Positions 12,301 to 26,270 of a stretch of 64,000 nt of DNA are shown piece after piece (the stretch's first letter is position 1; every line of letters begins with the position of its first letter). The DNA is from Lama glama (Eukaryota). The position numbers and the translations under genes were made by a program. The notes under the pieces were generated by a model. It searched no databases. It was given only the letters and a program-made list of their open reading frames with translations, and was not told the DNA's origin. The stretch covers positions 86,430,001-86,494,000 of the forward strand of contig CM052817.1 in assembly GCA_028534125.1 (NCBI GenBank). Reading direction: 5' to 3'.

Positions 12301-13019
12301 GGAAGAACAGTGGGAGACAAAATAGGTTACTTTTACTGCTATTATCTGCAAGTCCTGATTTTCAACTGTGAGATTACAAGAGTTATAGAAAACTGTCTTC
12401 TAACAATAGCCAAGTTTTTATCCAATTAATTAGGCAAAAGAGAAACTAAAAGTTAATGTATTTTTCTTAATAAGACTTGTTTGTTTCATTTTTAGATTAG
12501 AATAATATTTTAGCTGTAAGCCTAAAATTTAACTTACCCCTCTTTTCACTGTTGCTAATTGATTATAATTTCATTTCTTAAAATATCAAACTATGCTATA
12601 GAAACTAAGCTATTTTTAATCTCTAAAGACCTTAAATTTAGAATTCTTTCAAAAGTTTATATTTCACTATAATAATAATGGGATTTCTTTTAAAAGGAAA
12701 CAAAATCCTTAACTCTCATTGTATAATTTTGTTTTCTGTATTGCATTTTAATCAGGCAGATATGGCATAAGGCATACTATATCTGGCCCAAAACAAAGTC
12801 AAAGATAACATAGATTTGTTTACTTTGTTTTACAAGACTTTTAAGTAGCTGGTAATACTAAGGAAAAATAACAAACAAAAGGAAATTTTGGTATTTTCAA
12901 TAAAAATCACAAATTCAGGTGTTGTTTTCTTTTATATAGCAGGCATTTTAACCTAGTTTTCAATCTCATTTGAGGTCCTCCAAACACTAAAGTTGAGAAA
13001 ACCATAATGTATTATAATA

Positions 13020-13260
13020 AGCAGTACAGTGATTCAGAGACCAGACAGTCTAGCCTAGATATCATCCATGATCCATCATTTACCTGTGACCCTGAACATA
13101 TTATTTAACCCTACTGTGCCTCAATTACTCATTATTAACATGGGAACAAGAGGAGAATATATCTCAACATTTTTATAATGATTAACAGAACGATCATCCA
13201 TAGAGTGTTTAAAACAGAATGTCTGGGGTATGGTGAACATTCAAATATTAGTCACTGTTG
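13020..13260 (+). mobile_element. MIR SINE
   Basis: Core tgtgaccctgaacatattatttaaccctactgtgcctcaattactcatt. Confidence 0.7.
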
Positions 13261-13269
13261 CTAAGTTTT

Positions 13270-13400
13270 ATATGTATTTCCTCATTTAATATTTATTCGA
13301 ACAGTATGAAATTGGAATAATTTTATCTCCCTTTTACTGGTGAGAAAATGGAGCTGCAAAATTCTGAATATCCGAATAAGAACACTATCTAATTCCAGTA
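13270..13400 (-). mobile_element. MIR SINE fragment
   Basis: ttttatctcccttttactggtgagaaaatggagc is the reverse complement of the MIR core. Confidence 0.55.
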
Positions 13401-15912
13401 TTCAAACATTCAGTGCCCTCTTAGACTGTAGAACATAATATTCTACAGATTAACCAGTATAGGAATTAAAAAAAAAGTTGAATTGTTAAATTTCTCCTTT
13501 TTTCTTGAATTAGACACATTTCTTTCAATAACTTACTAATTGGCCATCTTCCATTGAACCTAATATGTGTATGCTTAGTATACTTTTATTTCCACAGATT
13601 TTATTCTCCTAGTTCTCCATTTACATTCTCTTCAAGTATTGGTATCATATACTGTTGCCGTTTGTAAAGCACTGTTGTCATCAGGGCAAGGCTTGGCTTG
13701 CAGCAAAAATCCATTGAGGGCAAATCATTTTGTTCTTAAATGAGAGCTATGCTGCCACATTTTTGAATTGTTGCATCTTTTTGCTCTAACTAGATTATGT
13801 TTAGATAATTCTCTCCAATTTGATGTGACACTTTTCTAAATTGTTTTCCACTCAGACTTTAAACTCTGCCAAGAAATTATGAAGTGCCAAGAATAACTGA
13901 CAACACATAGAGCCAAATACTACTGCTTTCAATGAAACAGCATTTGCAAATACATTGTAAGCAATTATCAAATATATTTATACTGCCATTCTGTGATCCT
14001 GATCCATAATTTCTCTTAAACAGTGCATACATTCAATTTACACAAAATCATTTCCTCCAAGATGTCCTTGTGCAAATGCGTTCCAAATGGCATTTAGCCA
14101 CAGATGCCAGGATTGAATCCATACTGGGCTCTATGTGCAGATAGTAAATCATCTGCTAATGAGCTATCACATTTTTTACTACCTACATATTTTGGCAAAT
14201 AGTAGCTTAACTAGCAAAAAATGTGAGAGAAAAAGCTAGTTTAATGCAAGATCAAAGGTCAGACGTGTATTATCACAGAGATTAAAGGAGAATTTAGTAT
14301 TTTCACTTTGGAATCCACTCTTTATATTTTTATGTTATTTCTAGCCAAGAAGAAATAGAATTTTTTTCTTCCATTTATTGTTTTAAATATATGCCTATAA
14401 TTGCATGATCTTATTTAGTCAAAGATGTTTGTTTGGAAGGCACCAAACCGAGCGGTCAAATATGTATGCTTATACATGTGAGGGGGTGGGTGTGTATACA
14501 CACATACATAAACATAAATTTGTGTCTGCAAAGAGGGATAGATTTTATATATATATATAAAATGTTTGACTAAATTTACTCATAAATATAGAAAGATATT
14601 TACATATATACATACAGGCATACCTGTGAGTGTATGTGTCTCTGTGTGTGTCTCTGTCTGTATTGCCTTAGTAATTGGATATTTTGAAATTTTTAGGTAT
14701 TTTTTTAGATAATTGTTAAGGAGATATGCCCCTAATACACATTCCATTAAGAGAATAGAAGAAAAAAACTTACGTTCTATTTTAAATGTCATTGCACAGG
14801 GAGGAAGAGGTTATTTCTATTACTTCAAATACAAGAAAGATACTGTCTTTCAAGCTGCCAGATTCAACAAATGAACTGCAAAAATCTTAGATATTTCAAT
14901 CTGTAAGTATCTTGTTGATTTTTTTCATTCTCTATTAATACTGTTAAGATTAAATTAAATATAGATTGGAACATAGTTTAATTAATGTAGAAGATTTAAC
15001 ATCTTTTTCTTTGATGCTGTTCATCTTTAGTCTTTACAATGTAACAGAACGATAACTGCCTTTAGAGAGGGTCTGAATTGTAGAAAATGATGTATTTTAA
15101 AGCATTTGTGAACAGTTTTCAAAAAGTTTGTAAATATTGGAACCATGGTTTGTTAGTATATGAAATTAATTATCAGTGTTTTCTCTCTCCTTGTAAGACA
15201 GAGTAAATTTAAATACTATAATTTTAAAGAGAAAGCAAAAACGCAGTTAAGAAATTATGAAACAATATTTGCAAATGACATGAAATTTAGCTGCTTATGA
15301 GACTGTTAGTTGATAGAATTGTTTTCCTTTTCTGAGAAGCACATAAAAATATTAATCCAGATACTTTGAATTAGAGGGAGTTCAAGTTCCAAAGTTTGTG
15401 GTGTTTTACTGATATAACTTAGAGCTTTGTATCTGCTTAGTAAAGAATTGCACAGTATTTCTGACTTATTTGAGTATGTAGATTTTAATTATGAGAGAAT
15501 AAAGTGCAAATTACTTTTCAGATAATTTACAAGTCAAAAAACTTCTTGAAATTATAAAACTTGTTTAACTGTAAGGTATTAATAAAACTTTGTAATAAAG
15601 AGAATAGTTAGTATTCAGTAGTTAATGACAGTTACTCCCAGGGAAAACCGGAAGTTGTAAATATCGGCTATTAAATATTAGCTAGCATTCCTAAATATTT
15701 AGCTCCTCCATATAGAATCATTAAGCATTTACATTGAAAATATACAACTCAAGATACCATATTTAATCTATTGTAGTAAATTATTTAAAATAAAAAGGAT
15801 TTTTCTTAAATAGAAATTAAGTCACGTTTAGGTGAGTATATTTTGTTTCCTTTTTGCTTGGTTAGTTGGTTGGTTGTCTCTGAGACGGTAAGAGAGTGTT
15901 ACTGAACGTCTT

Positions 15913-15954
<42 letters not shown>

Positions 15955-15957
15955 CAC
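15913..15957. repeat. Compound (TA)n(TG)n(TA)n microsatellite
   Basis: Directly visible. Confidence 0.95.
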
Positions 15958-17234
15958 ATTTAGTGTTAATTAAATGTTCTCAGGAAGTATACGTCTTAAT
16001 AAGTTCCTCAATTAGAAAGTAAACTGCGAATTTACTGTATACTTTAATACTTAAAATATGTTTTAATATTAGTAAAGCCTTCTAAATGTCGGTTACTTCA
16101 TGAAGAAGATACAACTTTCTTCATGTTAAAATAAATAAAATGAAGCTTTGTCTAATGACTTACTAAAAGTTGTTTAAAATATGACAAGGAAAATAATTAG
16201 GGAATTTCACAGTAACATATTTTCTATGAAGAAAAACACAGTGGAGTGTTAAAATAATTTAGTGTGAGATGCAGTGGCTGAGATAATAAGATCAGGAATG
16301 TAAAATCATAAACTTTTTCAACAGACTGAAATAAAGTACTGTGGCAAAAATATGTCAACACCTTATCCAAGGACCTTTATATTCTTTTGATCAATTTAAT
16401 CTTTTTTATTTTTTGCAATCTACCCAAGGCCATGCCATAATATGTAGAGAATATAACGAAAAACAACAAACTTCCTCTGATCTCCAGAGTTTTAGCCAAA
16501 TGGAGTAATTAGAAAAGGGTGAAATAGAAAAATAGTTGTTCATTGTTACCATTTTTAAACCAGTCTGCCTTTAGAAAGTCTTCACCTAATGACAAAAATT
16601 AGGTTGAAGTAGGTGGAATTAACTGATAGTGAAGCTGTAAAAGTGCTGTAATTAATTTTGAAATAATTAATTTTGACAATTTGAAATATCCAATTTTGGA
16701 ATTTTGTGAAATGCTAAAATTATTTTAAAATTTCATCTTAAAACAAAGTAAACATATATTTCTGGTAGAAAATTATAAAATAAAGAATAAAAAATACTAT
16801 CCAAAATCCAACCTCATGCATACTGATTTTTAAGACTTGGTGTGATATACTCTCAAAATTATTTCTATACGTCATCATGTACATTTCTAAATATTTCTAT
16901 GTATTTGTTACATGAATAAAATAATAATTATAAATTATTTAATAACACTATTCAATGGATATATGATAATGTATTTTTAAGAGTTACATGTTGCCATTAT
17001 AAACATCTGTTTATATACCATACAGATACAAATTTAAATTGCTTTTGATAATGAGGATAGATTAATTGTTTTCAAAGTTTCTCCAGTTTCATATATCTCA
17101 GATTTAATTTTAGAACCCTCTAGTGATATTTTATGATAATGCAATACATTATTATTTGATTATACTTGATGCATGATTGTTTACGTTTTTTACTGATGGT
17201 TCCGAAAGTTAGATAACTGCTTGAAGTTTTAAAC

Positions 17235-17358
17235 ACTAGTAATATCTGCGTGTCAACCCAGAGATTCTGATTAATTTGTCTGGGGTATAGTCTGAGTATA
17301 TGGATTTTTAAAATTTTTCCTGGTATTTTTAATGTAAAGCCAGAGTTAAGAGCCACTG
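17235..17358. mobile_element. hAT-Charlie MITE (MER5-like) half
   Basis: cccagagattctgattaatttgtctggggtatagtctg...gccagagttaagagccactg. Confidence 0.7.
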
Positions 17359-20067
17359 ATTTTCATCTGTAGGAGCATGAAGGAATTGAATTTTGGGGCC
17401 TAATATCAGTATAAAGATATATGCCTCATGTGTCCAAGCATTAGAGTAAAAGTATAGTCTCCTTCTAAATTTTTTCCTGTTTTCACTAGTACTTTTCAGT
17501 TGGTAGCATTTAAAATCTGATGTATATTCTTCAGGTGAAATGTTTATTAGAGCTTTTTTCAGAACTCTCATATAAGATGGTGTGCAAGTTTTAAAATTCC
17601 AGTTTAACTTAAAACAATTCTGGATTTAATAGCCATTAGGATTTTCAATCCTAAATTTGATTTCTCTTCAAAGATGCAAAAGACCAATAGGGAAATTGAA
17701 GATGCTTTCAGGTTAGAAGAAGGATCTGGGAACAGAAGTTTCTCCATTGTTAATGTACATAAGTTGATTTATATTGAATCTCTTTGACCAGAGATGATTT
17801 CAGATTTTGCATGTTAAATTTGGAGTATTGTATCACCTGCTAGCATGTAGAAAATCTGTTCTACGTGCACAGACACACATACACACACACACACATACAT
17901 AAATACATGCTTACTCACATATAGGTATATGTGTGTAAGAGACATAAACAGAATGTGCATATTCACACTAACTAGGCAAATATATGTCTAGAAGTATTTT
18001 ATTTATATCAGCAAGGTAGTTTTTATTCAGATAATTCATCAATATAAGCCTGATGCTTTTCTGTGAGGATTTTTTTTCAATTACAGAAGGAATAATTTTC
18101 TCATAAAGGTGAAGTGAAATAATCGTATTCAGAGGACTAAATTTAAAATAATTGCACCATAGCCAGTATACAAACAAGTTAATCTGTAGCTAACTCTAAA
18201 AACAAATAATTGTAGATATCCAGTGTTCAGATAAGCTAAAAATGATATCTCAATTGTTTGCTACCAAATTGCTCTGTTTTAGTATTTGCAAGAAAAATAA
18301 AATATATATTTCTGTGAATAAAAGTATAGTAAAGCTCAAAGGGTTTTATTCTCACTCTGAAATATATACTACAAGAGGACCTTAAATATGATAAGTATTG
18401 TTAATAATATGTTCTGTTGTTTACTGGCATATGTTTGTCAAAGAACAGTAGTAAAGGACTTTGAAGTGAGAATGTACATTTTCAGAGAGGATCTTTCACA
18501 GGTGTTGAAGCTGTATGGGCCTCAGATGTTCTTAAAGATCTGAGACAACAGAATTTCTCTCCAAACCATTAAAGTTTGAAGAGCAACTGAACAGATGTTC
18601 TTTCTCTCATTTAATATTTCAGACAGCTGCATAACGGCACTGTGTTGTCTTTTCACTTCTTTTTTTAAATAATATTTAAAAACTAAACTTGGTTTAAGGT
18701 CACTTCTGATGACAGTTTGAACTGGTCTGACAGCTGTTCAAATATTTTTGACATCTGCTTAGGAAGATAAAATTCCTGTCTTTCTTCTGCCTGAATTGAT
18801 GCTACATTAAAAAATATTGTTCTTGAACAAAGTCAGTAAAAATGAAATAATTCATTGAAATGTGGTATATTTGGGATGTGCATACCTGTGTATATTCCTT
18901 GCCTCTATAATTTGTCACCTCTAAACAAGAGATACATAACTCTCCTTGAAGTAGTATAAATGTCTCATATGTGATTAAAATTAAAAGGGTTTATTTCATT
19001 CATACTTTATGAGCTATAAAACATCATTGCATATAAAAAAGAATTCCCAAATGTTCAGTGTCACTTCCCCAAGGAGTAGAGCAGATGGTGAGCACAGGTA
19101 TATTAAATGTAATTTGTGCAATAACCTTAAATATCCATGCAATTATTAGAGATTAGTCTGAATATTTGCATGAAAGACCTAAGGGATGCCCAGATCTGGT
19201 CTGGCTGGACTCTCTTTTCCTCATGGCTTACGGGTTTTATTCAGGGAACTGAAAGACCTCTGGGGATGTTTTCAAGTCTTTTGCATACCTGAGTTGGGAA
19301 GTTGCCTGTGGAATATATTTTACACCATTTGACAAGAAAGAAAAGGTCTGAATGTTTGTGATTTTAACCTCTTCTCAGGGAGTATCAGCACTGTGTTTTG
19401 CCTGAGAGTAAGCAAAAATAAACTACAGAAAAGCTATGACAAAATGAGGTGTAGCTAAGATATTCTAGATGTTTCTCTGGAGAACTTGGAGCTATTTTCT
19501 GAAAGGTCTGTTCATGGTTTAGATACAGAGCTTTAAAGGAGGTCTGCCATAAACAGCCTAGTATTCATGGTGGTAAGGGTAAAAGTAAATCACCTGGCTC
19601 CTAGGAGGCCAAGGACTTTATTGATAAATCTTAAGAGAAACTGGGCATCATTAGAAACTATCAGTGGGGAACTACCAAAGCTGGAGAGCACGGGTTTATG
19701 TCACATTAAAACAGTTACTGGGATCTTTGTCATGCGCAACAAAATACATTGCAGGCAAGGATAATACAAGAAAACTAACTTTTTTTTTAATAACTATAGG
19801 CATCATAGTTTATGTCTCATAGTCTCCATTTTCTATCTGGAGTACATAAATTTTCAAAATTTTAATAAACTTATCTAAGATTTCATGGCTGTTAAAGAAG
19901 CAGACAGGAGATTCAAGTTCAAACTTAGTTAATTTCTATGATTATTTTCTTTCCAATGTATCATATTAATTTCCTCAATAACAGTATGTCCTTGTTCAGT
20001 AGTCATTGCATTAATTTTTGGTTTTTTTATATTTGGAGATTATACTCTTTTGTTCGTTGAATGGAAT

Positions 20068-20726
20068 TGTTAGAGCAGGCAGATAGCTAGATATGAGCAG
20101 AGAAAGGGGGACACAGACCAAATGGCAGGAACTGGGCAGAAAGGAGGAGCACAGGCCAAATGGCAGGAAACCACACATCATGTGAGCACCAGGGGTTCCT
20201 GGGCAGGGAAAGAAAAGTAGGAACCTTTGGATTGATAATGGATCATATCTTTTGGGGTGATGAGTGACCTAGAGAAGAACAAAGAAAGGTGATAAAAGGC
20301 AGGAATTTCCAGTGTCCGAATGTAACCTTTTGCTCTCTATGCCCTCATTTCAATAAAATTAGCCTTGCAGATCAGAAGTACCCATCATGCACCAACACCA
20401 TGACGCTTCCGATCCAGACTAAATAAGGACGAAAATCCTTCCTCCCTTTGGGAAGGTGGAGTTGGGATGATAATCAGGGAATACGACCCTAAACCCTTCC
20501 CTCTCCAATGAATATTCCGCCCAATCATTTTTACACTCTATGTAACTAACTTGCCAAAGAAACACAGCGCAGCCACTCACCTGAGCCTGCCTGTTTTCCT
20601 CTTGAGAGTATACTATCCATCCTTTAATAAATCCTCACTTTACTTTTTTAACCACTGTGTCTTGTCTCTGAATTCTTCCTGGGACGGGACAAAAATCTGG
20701 AACACCGGTTGCTTCCACCGGCAACA
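20068..20726 (+). mobile_element. ERV1-type solo LTR (659 bp)
   Basis: TGTT...AACA termini, AATAAA at ~20626, internal direct repeats (ccaaatggcaggaa x2) and flanks gaat/gagt (4-bp TSD with one mismatch). Confidence 0.85.
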
Positions 20727-22199
20727 GAGTCTACCTGCCAAATACTGTGAATAAAAAGCGTCAAACCTTTTACATTGCTTAGAATTGTAAATAACCATAA
20801 AAATAGTCCAAATCACCTATTTTATGGATGAACAAACTGAGGCTTAACTTACCTGTATAACTAGTTATAATTTAAGGGCAAATTATTATTTTTAAGGGCT
20901 AAAGACCTTTTCTTCAAATTGACAGATTGATGGAATGTTTGAGAGGGTAATCACACTCCAAGGCAAGTCACCTAGAGAATTTAAGAGGCTTTGTTGAAGC
21001 TCTCAATGTTCAGAGTGTTAGTATTATTCCAGCAGCCTCCTATTCACAGGTCAGGTCACAGTGGTGACTCTCTTAAATTCTCTAGTTTCTATTTTAAACA
21101 GTATTTATTTTAAATAACAGTGTCTTTGAGGGGCTTATTTTTAAGAAAAAAATATTCCATAATAGGATGATTAAAATTTAAAAAAGGTTCACTTTATTTG
21201 TATTCAACCATCATTTATTTAAACACCTAAAATATGCTAGTCCCTATGCTTAGAGTCAGGGGTAAAAAAAAGAAATGAAGGGAAAAAAAATACAGTAAAA
21301 TTCCTGTTCTTAAAGTCAAGAATGTTGCAAGGGATAAAAATTTAAGTAAACAAAATTAAGTGAACTTGTTAATATTGGAGCAAATCAAAATTTATCTTTT
21401 TAAAACTGTGATATATTTTAGATTATTTTAACAGACAAACTTTCAGTAAAAGGATAGATAAGCTAGATATTATCCCAATGTGTTAAATATTGAGTCCAAA
21501 TATATTTTATTTTTTTTCTGCTACAATTTTTTATTTTACTTTATATATGCATTATGAATCTCCAAGAAAGGGATGGTCCCTAAAGCCCCTATATGCAAAT
21601 TAGAAAGTGCCCTGGCCGGTTGGCCTCTCAGGAGGAGCAGTTTGCGGAACCTTGGTTGCAGAGGCCCTGACTGTTCAAATACTTGCACCGGTGCTCTAAC
21701 CTCCTCCCACACATGCCAGAAATGTGGCCTGTCATTTATGCCATTAATAGTATAAACAATCCAAATTTTCTGCACCCGAAATTGAAGGAAAATTATTGGA
21801 TTTGATGTTAGCCAAGAATAAGAATCAAGAGCTATGAAGTGTTAGATTGGAAAAGAAAATGACCTCCGGACCTAGTACACCTGATAACATGGTCAGGACA
21901 GACTTATTGTTCTGCTCCATTGAAAAAAGTGCTGTCAAGTGCACTGAGTGAATTTGTGGCCTTGTGCGAGGGTGAGGGTTTATGTAAAGGGTGATCTCGC
22001 CTCTGCTGCTCTAAGATTTCTCCAAAAGGCCTGGAATCTCTACCTGCCTCTGCCCTTTAATCTGTCATTATGTATCTGTGATGTGTATTGTTTCTTTCAA
22101 GTGGGACCTGTTTGCATTGGACAACCTGTGTATCTGTACTGCACAGTTCTTAATGTAAGATAGCATTTCATAAATTCACATGACTATAAAAATTATCCC

Positions 22200-22555
22200 A
22201 TACATACAGAGAACAGATTGATCATTTTAGAGGCACGGACTAGGGGGTGGGTGAAGTGGATGAAGATGATCCAAAGGTACAAACTTCCGGTTATAAAATA
22301 AGTCATAGGGATGTAATATATAGCATGCCAACTATAGTTAATAATACTGCATTGTGTATTTGGAAATTATTACTAGGAGAGTAGGTTTTAAAAATTCTCA
22401 TCAAAAGAAAAAATATTGTAACTATGTATGGTGATGGATGTGAACTAGACTTATTGCTGTGATCATTTTGCAATACATATAAATATCAAATCATTACATG
22501 GTACACTTGAAACTAATGTAACATTATATGTTAATTATACCTCAATTTAAGAAAC
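22200..22555 (+). mobile_element. L1 3' end (L1MA9/10-like)
   Basis: aaggtacaaacttccggttataaaataagtcatagggatgtaa...aattatacctcaatttaagaa. Confidence 0.85.
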
Positions 22556-23119
22556 AATTTTTCTACTTCCAGGAACATTTTGGAAGACTTTTCTGTAGAG
22601 TTCAGTAAATATTGATAATGTATATTAAACAAGTATTATTTTAAATTTAATGAATTTTAAAAGAATTTGAATTAATCATAAAATGGTAATTATATCAGTA
22701 CAAATTATACCTTATAAAGCCCACTAAATGATACAAACAAAAGAAATAAACAAAATTGTTAAATAATACTCAGTAGACAACTAGAGTTACGATTAATCTA
22801 ATCCATAACTAACTACTGAAGAATTTAGATATTTAGTTTAAAGAAAGAAGTGACAGTAGAATGATTTATTTTCAGTTAGAGCACAGTAAACTTTTTTATT
22901 ATTTTGAGTACAATAGAATTCTATGTACACAAATAAGGTTGACAAATTTATACATTAGCAGTGTCTTTCTACATATTTCATGTTTCAATATTGACGCACT
23001 TTATTTTATAGTTGATTTTTTTAAAACATTAATGTCATGAGATACTTTTAGGAAAGAAAACTATCAAATATCATGATTTAAATGGATATATTTTATTTAT
23101 TTTTAATGAAAATATGTTT

Positions 23120-26100
23120 CAAAAAATAAGAGAAGGCACAAATTAGCAATATCAGGAATAAAGAGGAGGTATCCAAACTGCCTCCACAGATATTAAAGGG
23201 TGAGGAAATACTCCAAACAGTTGTGTTCACATAATATAAAAGCAGATGAAATGTACTCATTCGGTAAAGACAGAAATTACCGAAACACATTCAGGAAAAA
23301 TAGTTAACCTGAATAGTTATACATATATTTAAAAATACTACATTTACAGTTAAAGCAGTTCCAAAAAGAGAACTCTGCTTCTGTTTGGCTGCACCGCTAA
23401 AATCTACCGAACATTTAAGGGGGAAATAGTACTGACTTCAGAACTTCTTGCAGAAAATAGAAGAGCAAAACTTCTTTTGAGAAGCAAACTTATGTATTGG
23501 GATAAAGATGTCAGGATAAAACACACATATGGACCAGTGTTTATCCTGAACAGAGACAGAAAATTCTTCAATAAAATATTAGCAGATTGAATCCAGTAAC
23601 CTGTATCTATATCTACATCTATATAATGCTGTATCTGTATCTGTATTTATATCTATATATATATCACTAACAAGCAATCCCAATTTCTTATTTTACTTTA
23701 TATATTTTTTATTGAAGTATAGTCAATTTACAGTGTTGTATCAATTTCTAGTGTACAGCATAATGCTTCAGTCATATATGAACATACATATATTTGTTTT
23801 TATATTCTTTTTCAACTTAAGTTACTACAAGATATTTAATTTAGTTCCCTTTGCTATACAGTTTGAACTTGTTGTGTATCTATTTTGTATATATATTAGT
23901 ATCTGCAAATCTCGAACTCCCACTTTATCCCATCTTATCCCCTCCCTTCCTAGGTAACCATACGTTTGTTTCTATGTCTGCGAGTCTGTTTTTGTTTTGT
24001 AAATAAGTTTGTTTGTCTTTTTAAATCAACATCCATTAATGATAAAATAGTCTAAGAAAACAAAAGAGCTTCCGTCATTTGATAAAGAGCATGTCCAAAA
24101 AGGCATAGAGCTAACATCATACTTAAGGATAATGACTTAATAGTTTCTCCCGAAAATGGGAAATTAGGCAATAAATCTGTATCTATTGATATTACTATGT
24201 GTTTTTTCTTATTATATCTGTTAATATGGTGAGTTACAGTATTTGATTTTTTTTTCCAACTTTGCCTTCCTGGAAAAACCACTTGGTTGTGTGTGTGTGT
24301 GTGTGTGTGACAGATCTGATTTGCTAATACTTTATTTGCTAATACTTTATTTATACCTATGTTTGGGAGGGGAGGGTCTTAGTTTTGTTTGTAGTTTCAT
24401 TCTCTCACCACTCCTATTGAATATTTTCTTGGAAGTCCTAGCAGTTTCACTAGGGCAAGAAACATAAATGTATTCAGGTTACAGAGGTAGAAATAAAACT
24501 ATACTTATTTACAGGTGACATGAGTGTATATGTAGAAAATCCCCAAAAAATCTACCAAAAAGCTCATAGAAATAATAAATGATTTTAGCAAGTTTAGAAT
24601 ATATAAGAACATGAATATGCAAAACAGTTTTAATATAATAGGAATAAACAACAACTAAAATTTTAAAAAATATCAGCTGCAGTGGTTCCCACAAATGTGA
24701 AATGCTTAGGTACAAATCTTATATAAGATGAATACATCTGTGTGCTAAAAACCAAGAAATGTTGATGAAAGAGATCAAAGAAGGCATAAGTAAATAGAAT
24801 GGCATGCTGTGTTCACATTTAGAAGACTCAATATAGTTAAGATGTTACTTTTCTTCAAATAAATTTATTAGTTTAATGCAAACCTCATGAAAATCCCAAC
24901 AGGATTCTTTGCAGATACAAACAAGTTGATTGTAAAATTTATATGGAATGTTAAAGGAACTTGAATAGCCAAATCATTTTGAAATAAAAAAAAGTTGGAG
25001 AACTCAAATTTATCAGACTTTAAGAAATAATATAATTCTACAGCAGTCTAGGCAATATGAAGTCAGTGAAAAGTAAGACTTATGAACTAACAGAAGAGAA
25101 TAGAAGATCCATAAATACAGACACACATATATTTTAATTAATCTTTTGACAAATGTACAATGGTAATAAAATGGATAATGAATACTCTTTTTAACAAATG
25201 GACCTGTAAGGATCAGGCCACTTTGGTCAAGGGAAAAAAAAAACTGCAACTTACAACTTATATAAAAATTAACTCAAAATGCATTATCAGCCTTAAAATA
25301 AAACATACAATTACAGATCTCTTAGAAGAAATCATTGAAAAAATGACTGTTGATTAGGCAGAGTTAATAGATATGACACTCAAAGCACAATCTGTAAGAG
25401 AAAAGTCAGTAAATAAGACATCATAAAAATTAAAAACTCTCTCTGTGAAGGACATTGTTAAGAGACTAAAATGGCAAGCTACAGACTGAAGGGAAATATT
25501 TGCAAACTAAATATCAGACAGATAACTTGTGTCCAGAATGTATAAAGAACTCTCAAAACAGAATAAGGAAAGCAGCAACCCAATATAAAAATGGGCAAAA
25601 GATTTGAACAGGTGTTCCACAAAAGAAGATATATGAGATGTAAATAAGCAAATGAAAAAATATTCTCATCGTTTTTAGTCATTTAGGAAATGGAAATTAA
25701 TAAATACATGATGATACCATTATACACCTATTATAATGGCTTAAAAAAGAGCAAGGATGTAAACAAGAAAACCACTCAGATGTTGATTATGGGAATGCGA
25801 AATGATATGGTTTCTCTGAAATATGGTGTGGAAGTTTCTTTTAAACTTAAAAATAGTTACTGAATCACCTAGGATTTACATTTCTTCTAAGTATTTATGC
25901 TAAAGACATGAAAACTATGTTCGTACAAAAACCTAAACATAAATGTTTTAAAATGGCATTATTGATAGTTGCCAAAACCTGGAAACAATCTCAATGTCCA
26001 TTAATAGGTGAATGGATAAACAAACATGGAAAGTTCTCAAAGGACATAGGCTAAGTGAAAGAATCCAGACTTAAAATGTGACATCCTCTATGATTCTATT

Positions 26101-26270
26101 TATGTGACATTCTATATAAGGCAAAAACATAGGAACAGCACGACAGAATTCTTTGGACTGTTTGAAATGTCTGCCAGTTTCCTGTGGTTGTACTTATTAG
26201 AAACCATGCATGTATAAAAATATAAATAAGTGTACATCAAAAAAGTGATTTTTGTAGTATATAAATTAAT
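23120..26270 (+). mobile_element. Old L1 (L1MB/MC-like) ORF2 and 3' UTR, interrupted and locally inverted
   Basis: Colinear decayed ORF2 text (tctcaccactcctattgaatatt..gaagtcctagc; gaagactcaatatagttaagatg; aaaaatgggcaaaagatttgaacag) running into 3' UTR text (aaatgtgacatcctctatgattctatttatgtgac). Confidence 0.85.
23700..24020 (-). mobile_element. Younger artiodactyl-type L1 3' end inserted into the old L1
   Basis: tttttattgaagtatagtcaatttacagtgttg...ttccctttgctatacag...gtctgtttttgttttgtaaataagtt. Confidence 0.8.
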
